Source: Actinomycetes bacterium (GTDB taxonomy: Bacteria; Actinomycetota; Actinomycetes; Nanopelagicales; Nanopelagicaceae). Taken from it: 40,191 bases of DNA. The notes under the pieces were generated by a model. It saw only the letters and a program-made list of their open reading frames with translations. It was not told the origin of the DNA and searched no databases. Below, piece by piece: positions 17,058 to 23,565 of this stretch (its first letter is position 1; each line of letters begins with the position of its first letter). The stretch lies in the NCBI GenBank assembly GCA_043788135.1, contig JAYVUF010000302.1:1-40191 (forward strand), given 5' to 3'. A program made the translations under genes and the position numbers.

Positions 17058-17996
17058 TTATTGACCAATGCGAGCGATGTAGTCCGCAAGAGGGAGTTGC
17101 TCTCTGGCGAGTGGATCCCAGACGGCTTGGTCGAATTCTCCTTGAATCCAGGAATCTGGGTCGGAGGATTTGCAAGCATTGAGGAATTTGCATCCGCCGT
17201 AGGAGCCACAAGACTCGCCAAGGTTGAAATCCCAATATCCTTCATGCCAGGCTTTAACCATGCGCTCAAGATCGCGACAAGTCTGGTCATACCAGCGATC
17301 AATTTCATAAGCACTCCGATAAGTGAGGACTTGTTGGGTTTCGTATTTTGTTTTGAGAATGCTGACGCCACGGATGATTACCCCTCGGACTTGTAGACCG
17401 AGTTCTCGGGCTGCCCAAGAGTAGCCACTAAATTGACCTCGCATTTCCCATTGCTTTCCCCAGGACTGGCCTAGTTGAGAGGTTGTTTTGTCATCAAGAA
17501 TGTAAACTCCTCCAGCGAAGTTACAAACCATGTCCGAGCGGCCAGAGAAGATGAGGGGTTCTCCGGTTACAGGGTGCATGATTGGAAGAGGTTCGGCAAA
17601 GCAAAATTCAATGCCGGTGCGTCCTCCGTGTTCGATTGGGGTTGCCATGTCAGTGTCTAGAGGGTAGTTGGCAAAGTAGAAGTCCAAAGCCCCCATCATT
17701 CGTTCGCGAGTTTTGTTGCAAGACGTCGGGCATTCGAAATCACCGTAATGCTCACCAAGTACGTCGAGGCCAATGCGCTCAGATTCTTGGACGCTTTTAC
17801 CTTCGATATAGAAAGCCTTACGCCCAGCCTCAATACCCGATGCATAAGCCGCACCTGCATGTAGATGTATGGAGCTTCCTTTCGTTTTCCAATGTTGAAC
17901 GTATTCACGAAAGGCCTTCTGCGGGCAAGCCCGGAAAGAGTCGATGATTGTGGAGTCTACTACTTGAGGGAAGTAGGCTCGGATTGAGGATGTCAT
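17058..17996 (-). CDS. PD-(D/E)XK exonuclease, Cas4/RecB-like with four-Cys cluster (312 aa)
   Basis: GRSDMV...VYILDDKTT nuclease core, an N-terminal Cys (FRACPQKAF), and a C-terminal ESCGSYGGCKFLNAC. Confidence 0.75.
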   Translation of the reverse strand: MTSSIRAYFPQVVDSTIIDSFRACPQKAFREYVQHWKTKGSSIHLHAGAAYASGIEAGRKAFYIEGKSVQESERIGLDVLGEHYGDFECPTSCNKTRERMMGALDFYFANYPLDTDMATPIEHGGRTGIEFCFAEPLPIMHPVTGEPLIFSGRSDMVCNFAGGVYILDDKTTSQLGQSWGKQWEMRGQFSGYSWAARELGLQVRGVIIRGVSILKTKYETQQVLTYRSAYEIDRWYDQTCRDLERMVKAWHEGYWDFNLGESCGSYGGCKFLNACKSSDPDSWIQGEFDQAVWDPLAREQLPLADYIARIGQ

Positions 17997-18193
17997 GATT
18001 TCTCCTTACAAACTGAATAATCGACGTAAAGATCGTCTTCAAGTTCGTACACGCCAGCTACTGTTTCATTGTAGGAGCATTTGCATTTGGCAATCGAGAG
18101 AGCCGCTTGGATAGTGTCGGTTATGATTAGGAGATGGCGTGAAGAACCTCCTGAAGATTTGATTGTAATTTGGTAGGCAGTGGCGTCGCTCAT
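17993..18193 (-). CDS. Hypothetical protein (66 aa)
   Basis: ATGA overlaps at both ends. Confidence 0.5.
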   Translation of the reverse strand: MSDATAYQITIKSSGGSSRHLLIITDTIQAALSIAKCKCSYNETVAGVYELEDDLYVDYSVCKEKS

Positions 18194-18360
18194 AGGTAAT
18201 CCCTCTTAGAGAAGAGGACAAGAGAGAAAAACAAGAAACCAGGAGCACTAAACCCCCAATTCAAACCTGCAAAAAAGTTCATTTCATTTTGGTAGCAAAA
18301 GTAGCCTAGCCAAGTGAAGAAGACTGCAAGAAGCAGGAAAAGTAGATATAGATATTTCAT
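18190..18360 (-). CDS. Small two-TM membrane protein (56 aa), below the ORF-track cutoff
   Basis: Hand translation gives MKYLYLLFLLLAVFFTWLGYFCYQNEMNFFAGLNWGFSAPGFLFFSLVLFSKRDYL. ATGA overlaps with both neighbours fill an otherwise empty gap. Confidence 0.6.
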   Translation of the reverse strand: MKYLYLLFLLLAVFFTWLGYFCYQNEMNFFAGLNWGFSAPGFLFFSLVLFSKRDYL

Positions 18361-18569
18361 GGTTGAATGTCCCCAATGGGAAAATATTCTATTTGGTGGG
18401 TTGCAACGCCGGTCGATTCGTCAACTGCCAGGACAGTAGCGCGTTTCATGCCAGTGAGACGACAGATTTTTTCGAATGCTTCGATGATGATGTCGGTTGC
18501 GGCTGCAATATCGGCGGCATTCTTTTCGACATTTTGCGCTCGAATGGAATGAACGTTGGAGTCAGGCAT
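18357..18569 (-). CDS. Hypothetical protein (70 aa)
   Basis: Intact ORF, coupled on both sides. Confidence 0.5.
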   Translation of the reverse strand: MPDSNVHSIRAQNVEKNAADIAAATDIIIEAFEKICRLTGMKRATVLAVDESTGVATHQIEYFPIGDIQP

Positions 18570-18870
18570 GGCGGGTGAACTCCTTAGCGTTGGATTCCAA
18601 ATACTCCCAACCTTTTTGAGTTAGTTGGAGGTCTTGGGTGATGTAGTTGAAATGGACTAGACCTCGACAAGCCAGTTTCCAACGATCTTTCATGTAACCG
18701 GATTGAGGACAACCATAGGACCAATGAAATTTGTGGTAGAGATTGCGAAGTACGGCTTGGGCGTCTCCATGAAGGTTGAAGGAATGCGAAGAATCTGTAG
18801 CCGTGAGAGATTGTAAAGGGTCTCTTCGAGGGCCAGTCCGTTGTCTGGGGGATAGAGGCGCGAGAGACAT
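18562..18870 (-). CDS. Hypothetical protein, possible winged-helix DNA binder (102 aa)
   Basis: Start trimmed to ATG 18870, right after the upstream TAA. The C-terminus LACRGLVHFNYITQDLQLTQKGWEYLE resembles a wHTH wing/recognition region. Confidence 0.4.
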   Translation of the reverse strand: MSLAPLSPRQRTGPRRDPLQSLTATDSSHSFNLHGDAQAVLRNLYHKFHWSYGCPQSGYMKDRWKLACRGLVHFNYITQDLQLTQKGWEYLESNAKEFTRHA

Positions 18871-18871
18871 T

Positions 18872-19168
18872 TTAAATAGCCTCAGAAGGGTTGCATTTAA
18901 TGAGGGCGGTGAGGATGAGAGGTTGTGCGTCGATAGGGGAACCACTGGCTTCCAAGACGACTCCACCCTTAGGACAGAGTTGGATGAATTTGGCCTTGCA
19001 ATCGGCTACCACGGTGCCGACGTCAGAGCCGGTGCAAATAACGCTGATTGTTTGGTTTTCGTGAAGGGTGACATTAACGTCAGCATGGGAGCGTTGACTG
19101 TAGAGCCACAAGGCTAAAGCCATAAAGCTAAAGCCAACGATTGTGAGCCAGTAGCGGACAATGTTCAT
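18872..19168 (-). CDS. Signal-anchored or secreted small protein with 4 Cys (98 aa)
   Basis: N-terminal YWLTIVGFSFMALALWLY, followed by a domain with 4 cysteines. Confidence 0.5.
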   Translation of the reverse strand: MNIVRYWLTIVGFSFMALALWLYSQRSHADVNVTLHENQTISVICTGSDVGTVVADCKAKFIQLCPKGGVVLEASGSPIDAQPLILTALIKCNPSEAI

Positions 19169-19371
19169 AGGTCGAACTCCAAGGATTTGAGTAAGTCGTC
19201 GGTGTTGACGGGTGCGGCGGCTGAGCGGGACTTTGCCGAAACAATGTGAGCTCCGACTCGGCCTTCCCGCATCAAGGCGATTACTTCTTTGTATTCATCA
19301 AAGGTAAGGGTTCCGGCCTTGGCCTTGGCTCGGGCTTCGACCATTCGAGGGTCGTTGAAATTGACTGCCAT
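19165..19371 (-). CDS. Hypothetical protein (68 aa from ATG 19371)
   Basis: The track start is TTG 19374; the ATG lies one codon in. ATGA-coupled downstream. Confidence 0.5.
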   Translation of the reverse strand: MAVNFNDPRMVEARAKAKAGTLTFDEYKEVIALMREGRVGAHIVSAKSRSAAAPVNTDDLLKSLEFDL

Positions 19372-19496
19372 CAAAGTTTCTCCTTCAGGACTTGGCGATA
19401 ATGGTTAATTTGGGGAACAAGATCGTCTTTGATCCAAAGATTAATTGTTCCTTGGAAGACGATGAAAAGAGTGCAAACGACGATAAGGGTTTTCAT
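19371..19496 (-). CDS. Small hydrophobic-N-terminus peptide (41 aa), below the ORF-track cutoff
   Basis: Hand translation gives MKTLIVVCTLFIVFQGTINLWIKDDLVPQINHYRQVLKEKL. ATGA overlap upstream and TGATG overlap downstream. Confidence 0.5.
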   Translation of the reverse strand: MKTLIVVCTLFIVFQGTINLWIKDDLVPQINHYRQVLKEKL

Positions 19497-20092
19497 TCGA
19501 TGTTCTCCATTACCCAATCTAGGATTGCAAGAAAATCTATGGAAGCATCAGCATCAGCGGCATAAGCAGCAGCAGTAGCAACAGCAACAGCAGCATAAGC
19601 ATTAGCATTAGCAGCAGCATAAGCAGCAGCAGTAGCAGCATAAGCAGCAGAAGTAGCAGCATTAGCATTAGTAGCAGCATTAGCATTAGCAGTCCTATCA
19701 GACCCATCAAGCCACGCTTCTGCCCACTCTACAAAGTCAGCGGATTTATATACAAAAAGTGCGCACTTGATCCCAAAAGCAATTTTTTGGGTTAAGGCTA
19801 CCTCAGGGACAGCCAATTCCTTAACGGATGTTTGCTTTTTGCAGGCTTGTTTTAGGGCATCTTTATTGATAATTTTAGAGCATCTGATGCGAAAAAGTCG
19901 GGGGTTTCTAATATTGGCATGTCGTGGGTTAAAGATTAAAGCTAAACGTGGATCGGTATAGCAGTGCAGGACATCGGAGGTGCACATTTTTGTACCCGAT
20001 CCTAGGGCTTCGTTGGTTCTCCCAATCTCCCAAGTCATGCCTGAGTGAGTTGTGAGGTCTTGAGTTGTCAATTTGTATCGATAGATGGCCAT
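19493..20092 (-). CDS. Two-part protein (199 aa): a globular N-domain (CxxxxH-containing, DUF7666-like from memory) plus an Ala/Asn/Tyr/Thr repeat region
   Basis: Start trimmed to ATG 20092 (TAATG overlap). MCTSDVLHCYTDPRLALIFNP core, then ANANAATNANAATSAAYAATAAAYAAANANAYAAVAVATAAAYAADADAS. Confidence 0.6.
   Translation of the reverse strand: MAIYRYKLTTQDLTTHSGMTWEIGRTNEALGSGTKMCTSDVLHCYTDPRLALIFNPRHANIRNPRLFRIRCSKIINKDALKQACKKQTSVKELAVPEVALTQKIAFGIKCALFVYKSADFVEWAEAWLDGSDRTANANAATNANAATSAAYAATAAAYAAANANAYAAVAVATAAAYAADADASIDFLAILDWVMENIE
19544..19693. repeat. ~150-bp imperfect trinucleotide tract, (AGC/AKY)n on + and GCT-rich on -
   Basis: Read directly: agc atc agc atc agc ggc ata agc agc agc agt agc aac agc aac agc agc ata agc att agc att agc... 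It contains three copies of gcattagcattag. Confidence 0.85.
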
Positions 20093-20463
20093 TAGAGAAA
20101 GTCCACATTGAGGGTGAATTTGGCCTTGTTGGCGCAAGTGAGGCAAAAAGGGTCAGATTGGATAAAGTCTTTGTAGGCTTTGGGTAAATGGTCGTAGAGA
20201 GCATACATACCAGGAAGGATGGTTTGGTATTCAATGCAAGCGTTGCGGGTTGAGTGTACACGGCGGACTGCGTAGTTGATGGCGACTCGGGTTTGAGAGT
20301 GGCAGATGGCGCAATCTCGAACGGAGAAGAGAGTGACAAGATGGGTTTCGGTAAAGCCGGGTTTGGGCAGGGCTTCAGATTCGAGAGCAGGCATGTCGTC
20401 GTCCAAAGACGGGAACATGTCGTCAAGGGAAGGTCCGAATTCATCCGTTAAGGAGTTCGACAT
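20092..20463 (-). CDS. Hypothetical protein with an acidic PSLDDM tandem motif and Cys/His pairs (123 aa)
   Basis: GPSLDDMFPSLDDDMP at the N-terminus, and CAICHS...CLTC as possible zinc ligands. Confidence 0.5.
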   Translation of the reverse strand: MSNSLTDEFGPSLDDMFPSLDDDMPALESEALPKPGFTETHLVTLFSVRDCAICHSQTRVAINYAVRRVHSTRNACIEYQTILPGMYALYDHLPKAYKDFIQSDPFCLTCANKAKFTLNVDFL

Positions 20464-20667
20464 GGCTATTGGACTCTGATTGTAGGGTTAAGGTGCCGAG
20501 ATTGTCAGGGGGATTCCGCTTGGGCGGGCTGGTCTCGGCTGAGACGTCAGGGCTAGTGGACGGGCACTAGCTTTAGGATTTAAAGGGTCCGTTCTTGGGA
20601 ACTAGAGGACCAGGCTAGCGGAGCGCTGCGATGAGTCAGCTTCCCATTTTGGGTAGAGACGAGAGTA

Positions 20668-21195
20668 TCACTCAGCCGCTGGGGCTTCGTCAAGGCCCGC
20701 CAGCAGGTCAGTCTGTTCGACAGGGGCGTCAGTCTTGGCAGCCTTGCGAGACGCTTTGGCTGCCAGGTCAGCCGCTTGCTCAGCCGCATACACTGGAGCG
20801 ATCCGCACATCAGCCTTGAGCGCATTGACCTCTTTGCGCGACTTACCAGCCAGCCAAGTCCGCACGGCTTCAACCGTCTTGCCCGTCACTTGAGCCAGAG
20901 CGCGCTCAATCGGCAGGCTTGCAGTGCCGCTCGATGCACGACTACGAGTCGCAAACGGACCGGCTTCCAGCACGCCAGTATCGAAACCGGTGGAGTCTTT
21001 CAAATTCAGCGACTTGACGAAAGCACGCAGGCCATAAGCAGCCCATTCGTTAAGTTTGTCGGCGGCAACCGTAAAGGATTTGTATTCGCCATCGACGAAT
21101 GCGCCAAGGATGCTCACTTCGCCTTCGTGAGTTACGTTGTACAGGGCGGTTTTCTTGCCGAAATCAACTTCGCGGGAATCGGGCATGGTGGTCAT
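20668..21195 (-). CDS. Hypothetical protein on a GC-rich island, with an Ala/Lys-rich acidic-ended C-terminus (175 aa; alternative ATG 21186)
   Basis: Start trimmed from the track's 21447, because the extension runs through a hairpin/promoter-like region and is not protein-like. No SD. Ends in AEQAADLAAKASRKAAKTDAPVEQTDLLAGLDEAPAAE. Confidence 0.5.
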   Translation of the reverse strand: MTTMPDSREVDFGKKTALYNVTHEGEVSILGAFVDGEYKSFTVAADKLNEWAAYGLRAFVKSLNLKDSTGFDTGVLEAGPFATRSRASSGTASLPIERALAQVTGKTVEAVRTWLAGKSRKEVNALKADVRIAPVYAAEQAADLAAKASRKAAKTDAPVEQTDLLAGLDEAPAAE

Positions 21196-21268
21196 TGGGA
21201 TTGTCTCATTTTTGGTTAGAAGGATGAGGCCGGGATTGTGTGGGAGGAATATCCCGGCCTTGTGGGTA

Positions 21269-21296
21269 AGTTTAGCGAATCGGGTGAAGAGGTCAA
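21269..21296 (-). promoter_or_regulatory. Candidate sigma70-type promoter, TTGACC-16 nt-TAAACT, reading leftward
   Basis: The reverse complement of ggtcaa (21291-21296) and agttta (21269-21274). Its -10 hexamer is the same as in the candidate early promoter at 26197-26225. It is followed by a 10-bp-stem hairpin at 21227-21260. Confidence 0.3.
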
Positions 21297-21320
21297 TAAG
21301 AGAATTGTAAAGATTGAAAA

Positions 21321-21506
21321 TTATTTTGGGAAAGAAAGGATTTCGAAGTCGCGTAAGGGGATGTAAACGGCAGGGTCGGAAGGCCTCGTAAGAGACAAGC
21401 AGACGACTCGGTAATGCTCGATATCCAGGACTTCGAATTCTCCCCATTCAGGATGACGGGTATGGAAGCCCGTGCATCCTGGGAGGATGAGACGAGCGCC
21501 TTTCAT
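21321..21506 (-). CDS. Hypothetical protein (61 aa)
   Basis: ATGA overlap upstream. Intact ORF. Confidence 0.5.
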   Translation of the reverse strand: MKGARLILPGCTGFHTRHPEWGEFEVLDIEHYRVVCLSLTRPSDPAVYIPLRDFEILSFPK

Positions 21507-21802
21507 CGGGAGGCCAAATCATCAAGTTGAGAGGCTGCCGCAAGCACAAGAGGATTCAAGGATTTGTCCCGGATGATTAAGCGAAAATTATCCTGAGAGA
21601 AGTCCTCGACCATTTCCATTTGATCGATGATGCGAGTGAGGCCTGGATCGGGAGAGGATTCCAGTTTGCGATAGGGTTGGACTGCGCGGTAGAGGTTTAG
21701 GCGCATACGGCGGGCTTCTTTGGCACTTGCATAGGAGAGTTCGATCTTGCCGCGCTCGAAAGCGGTGCGCCAGACACGGAGGTAGATGGTTTGGGATTTC
21801 AT
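21503..21802 (-). CDS. Hypothetical protein (99 aa), a paralog of the N-terminal part of 25662-26150
   Basis: Start trimmed to ATG 21802, preceded by AGGAGCAAACGGATTA. Shares YxRxW ... S.xEA...(L/K)L.(L/M)Y..V.P(Y/F)R with the first early gene. Confidence 0.55.
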   Translation of the reverse strand: MKSQTIYLRVWRTAFERGKIELSYASAKEARRMRLNLYRAVQPYRKLESSPDPGLTRIIDQMEMVEDFSQDNFRLIIRDKSLNPLVLAAASQLDDLASR

Positions 21803-21819
21803 AATCCGTTTGCTCCTGA

Positions 21820-22068
21820 TTAAAGATCCAATGGAGGTTCGCCGGGGCCAGGTTGGAAAAATTCCAGCGGCACGGATTGGGGAGAGTCGGTTGCGTAGCC
21901 GGCCGTTGTTTTCACGACGATGAAAGGCACGCCGATGTTTGCGGCTGCGATTGCTTGGCATCTGGATTTGGCAGACCCAATGTCATAGAAAGGGCCTTCT
22001 TTAATGCTGGAACCAGTAGAGGCGTTTTCCTGGCAAACCCAAAATTTCTGTTGAATGAGAGAAGGCAT
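21820..22068 (-). CDS. Hypothetical protein (82 aa)
   Basis: TAATG overlap upstream. Intact ORF. Confidence 0.5.
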   Translation of the reverse strand: MPSLIQQKFWVCQENASTGSSIKEGPFYDIGSAKSRCQAIAAANIGVPFIVVKTTAGYATDSPQSVPLEFFQPGPGEPPLDL

Positions 22069-22322
22069 TAGTGAATTTCCTTTTGAGGATTGTTGGAGGA
22101 AGCGAAGAAGTCGGCTTCGGCCTGGGAGACATGACGGAATTGAAGGCCTTTGGAGTGACGTTGAGCCATCAAATGCTTTGTTGAAGGGTCTGAAAGGACT
22201 TCACGCATGTAGTCTTCGGTTAGGATGATATCATTCAAGCCTCCCATTTTCATCACTGAGCCGATGATTGCCATCCAATCGTGAGGGGTGAAGTCGGAGA
22301 ATTGTTCGGTGAGGCTAGGCAT
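22068..22322 (-). CDS. Hypothetical protein (84 aa), a tandem paralog of 22322-22681
   Basis: Shares SDFTPxD ... (I/V)(I/V)G(S/A)xMKxxGLxxxI(L/I)T with the upstream gene. Confidence 0.55.
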   Translation of the reverse strand: MPSLTEQFSDFTPHDWMAIIGSVMKMGGLNDIILTEDYMREVLSDPSTKHLMAQRHSKGLQFRHVSQAEADFFASSNNPQKEIH

Positions 22323-22681
22323 TAGCGGAACTCCGACGAGAGGGCTTGAAGGATGGAGAATTCAACGTCTCCGGATGAGGGGGAATAGCGGCAAGCAAGG
22401 ACCGTAGACATTCCTGCGGGAGCATTCAAGCAAGTCAGTTCGGACTGAGTGATGATTGTGGAATCCAGGCCAAGGCGTTTCATCAAGGCGCCGACAATGA
22501 CAGCAAAGTCGCCTGAGTTGAGTTGGCGAAGATCAAGGGGAGTGAAGTCGGATTCACCGATGACTTGACATTCGAGGGATTGGGATTGAAGAGAAGGAAC
22601 TTTATCCCCGAATACAGGCTCAGTTGATACCATTTTATCTATAGCAATCAGATCATCCAGCATTGAGGTATCTTTGTTCAT
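22322..22681 (-). CDS. Hypothetical protein (119 aa), a tandem paralog of 22068-22322
   Basis: See the previous entry. TAATG and ATGA coupling. Confidence 0.55.
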   Translation of the reverse strand: MNKDTSMLDDLIAIDKMVSTEPVFGDKVPSLQSQSLECQVIGESDFTPLDLRQLNSGDFAVIVGALMKRLGLDSTIITQSELTCLNAPAGMSTVLACRYSPSSGDVEFSILQALSSEFR

Positions 22682-22989
22682 TCGTCAGTTACTCCATCAC
22701 ACAAAGAGGGGTCAATCCCGTCCGAGATTACAGAACGGGCGTTGGCGGTGCGAGGGCAGGCGTCAAGAGGGACGACGGCAATGCCGATGTCAGGACGCCA
22801 AAAATGCAGACTTTCACGTTCAGGTAAATTAAGAATATGAGTTACTGGACGCTTAGCTTTATAACTCCAAACAGCTTCTTCACGAAGGCGGATTATCAAG
22901 GAATCACCGGCTCGATAGATGTCAGCGGGTGCGAACGCTCCATATGCCGGTATAGAGACATACGCGCCAGGGTAGATGCAATCGGTCAT
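22678..22989 (-). CDS. Hypothetical protein (103 aa from ATG 22989)
   Basis: ATG preceded by GAGGACCTCTCAA. The track start is TTG 23004. Confidence 0.5.
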   Translation of the reverse strand: MTDCIYPGAYVSIPAYGAFAPADIYRAGDSLIIRLREEAVWSYKAKRPVTHILNLPERESLHFWRPDIGIAVVPLDACPRTANARSVISDGIDPSLCDGVTDE

Positions 22990-23000
22990 TTGAGAGGTCC

Positions 23001-23138
23001 TCAAGGTGCATTAGGGTCGAGGTATTCGGAATCGTCGGGCTCAGGAGGGTCGAAATCGTCGAAGTCTTCTGAGCCGTCGTCAAGGTCGTCTGATTCTTCG
23101 GGCGGGTCGAGTTCCCGGTCGCCGATGTAAGGGTTCAT
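23001..23138 (-). CDS. Hyper-acidic 45-aa protein (DNA-mimic / anti-defence candidate), below the ORF-track cutoff
   Basis: Codon-by-codon hand translation gives MNPYIGDRELDPPEESDDLDDGSEDFDDFDPPEPDDSEYLDPNAP, with 19 D/E and 1 R. AGGAG lies 7 nt upstream of the ATG. It exactly fills the gap between flanking genes. Confidence 0.6.
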   Translation of the reverse strand: MNPYIGDRELDPPEESDDLDDGSEDFDDFDPPEPDDSEYLDPNAP

Positions 23139-23147
23139 TAGAGTCTC

Positions 23148-23498
23148 CTAGAATCCAACATCATCGTCAAATTCAGCAGGCTGAGGAACCCCGCCATTAG
23201 GCTGGAAGTCCTCGTCATGCCCGATGCATTTCAACTCTTGGATTTGAGCTTTGATGTTGGTGGCTTGGGCTTCCAAGTTGCCTAGCTTACATTCCAAGGC
23301 CTGAATCTTGCCGGAAGTGAAGTCAAATTGAATGTCAGGAACTTCGAATTCATGGGTGGCGAGGAGTTGCAAGCTTGAGTGCTCAGATTGATACAAGCCG
23401 GTGCGAATTTCCTGCTCAGTGGTCCAGAAGTTGCAGGTATTGGTTAGAATTTGGTTCGTTAGCAGGCTTGCATACTGGTAAATGGTAATTTTCATCAT
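23148..23498 (-). CDS. Hypothetical protein with a coiled-coil segment and an SSB-like acidic C-terminal tip (116 aa)
   Basis: RBS AAGGAG. KIQALECKLGNLEAQATNIKAQIQELK, then ...PQPAEFDDDVGF-stop, read directly from 23148-23180. Confidence 0.6.
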   Translation of the reverse strand: MMKITIYQYASLLTNQILTNTCNFWTTEQEIRTGLYQSEHSSLQLLATHEFEVPDIQFDFTSGKIQALECKLGNLEAQATNIKAQIQELKCIGHDEDFQPNGGVPQPAEFDDDVGF

Positions 23499-23510
23499 AA
23501 AGCTCCTTTG

Positions 23511-23551
23511 AGGAAAAGAATGCAGGGTTGGAATCGTTCCGCGCCTGCATT
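23511..23551 (-). terminator. Candidate rho-independent terminator/attenuator inside the early arm
   Basis: On -, aatgcagg...cctgcatt forms an 8-bp stem (with an inner ggaa/ttcc pairing), followed by ttcttttcct. It lies just upstream of the RBS of 23148-23498. Confidence 0.45.
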
Positions 23552-23565
23552 AAGGGGTAATGGTC

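Noticed and set aside
20668-21447. Long N-terminal extensions offered by the ORF track (here 259 aa; likewise 13492-14049, 18562-18966, 21503-21961, 24466-24843, 19493-20146, 29135-31639, 37799-38503)
   Set aside because: The extensions overlap better-supported upstream genes or hairpin/promoter DNA, and are low-complexity. In each case an internal ATG with an SD and/or a stop-start overlap gives a compact, coupled gene map.
22837-23130. 97-aa + strand ORF with a Ser-rich tail (SSGSGGSKSSKSSEPSSRSSDSSGGSSS)
   Set aside because: It is antisense to two well-supported leftward genes. The Ser run is just the complement of the GAC/GAA-rich acidic ORF. It has no RBS.
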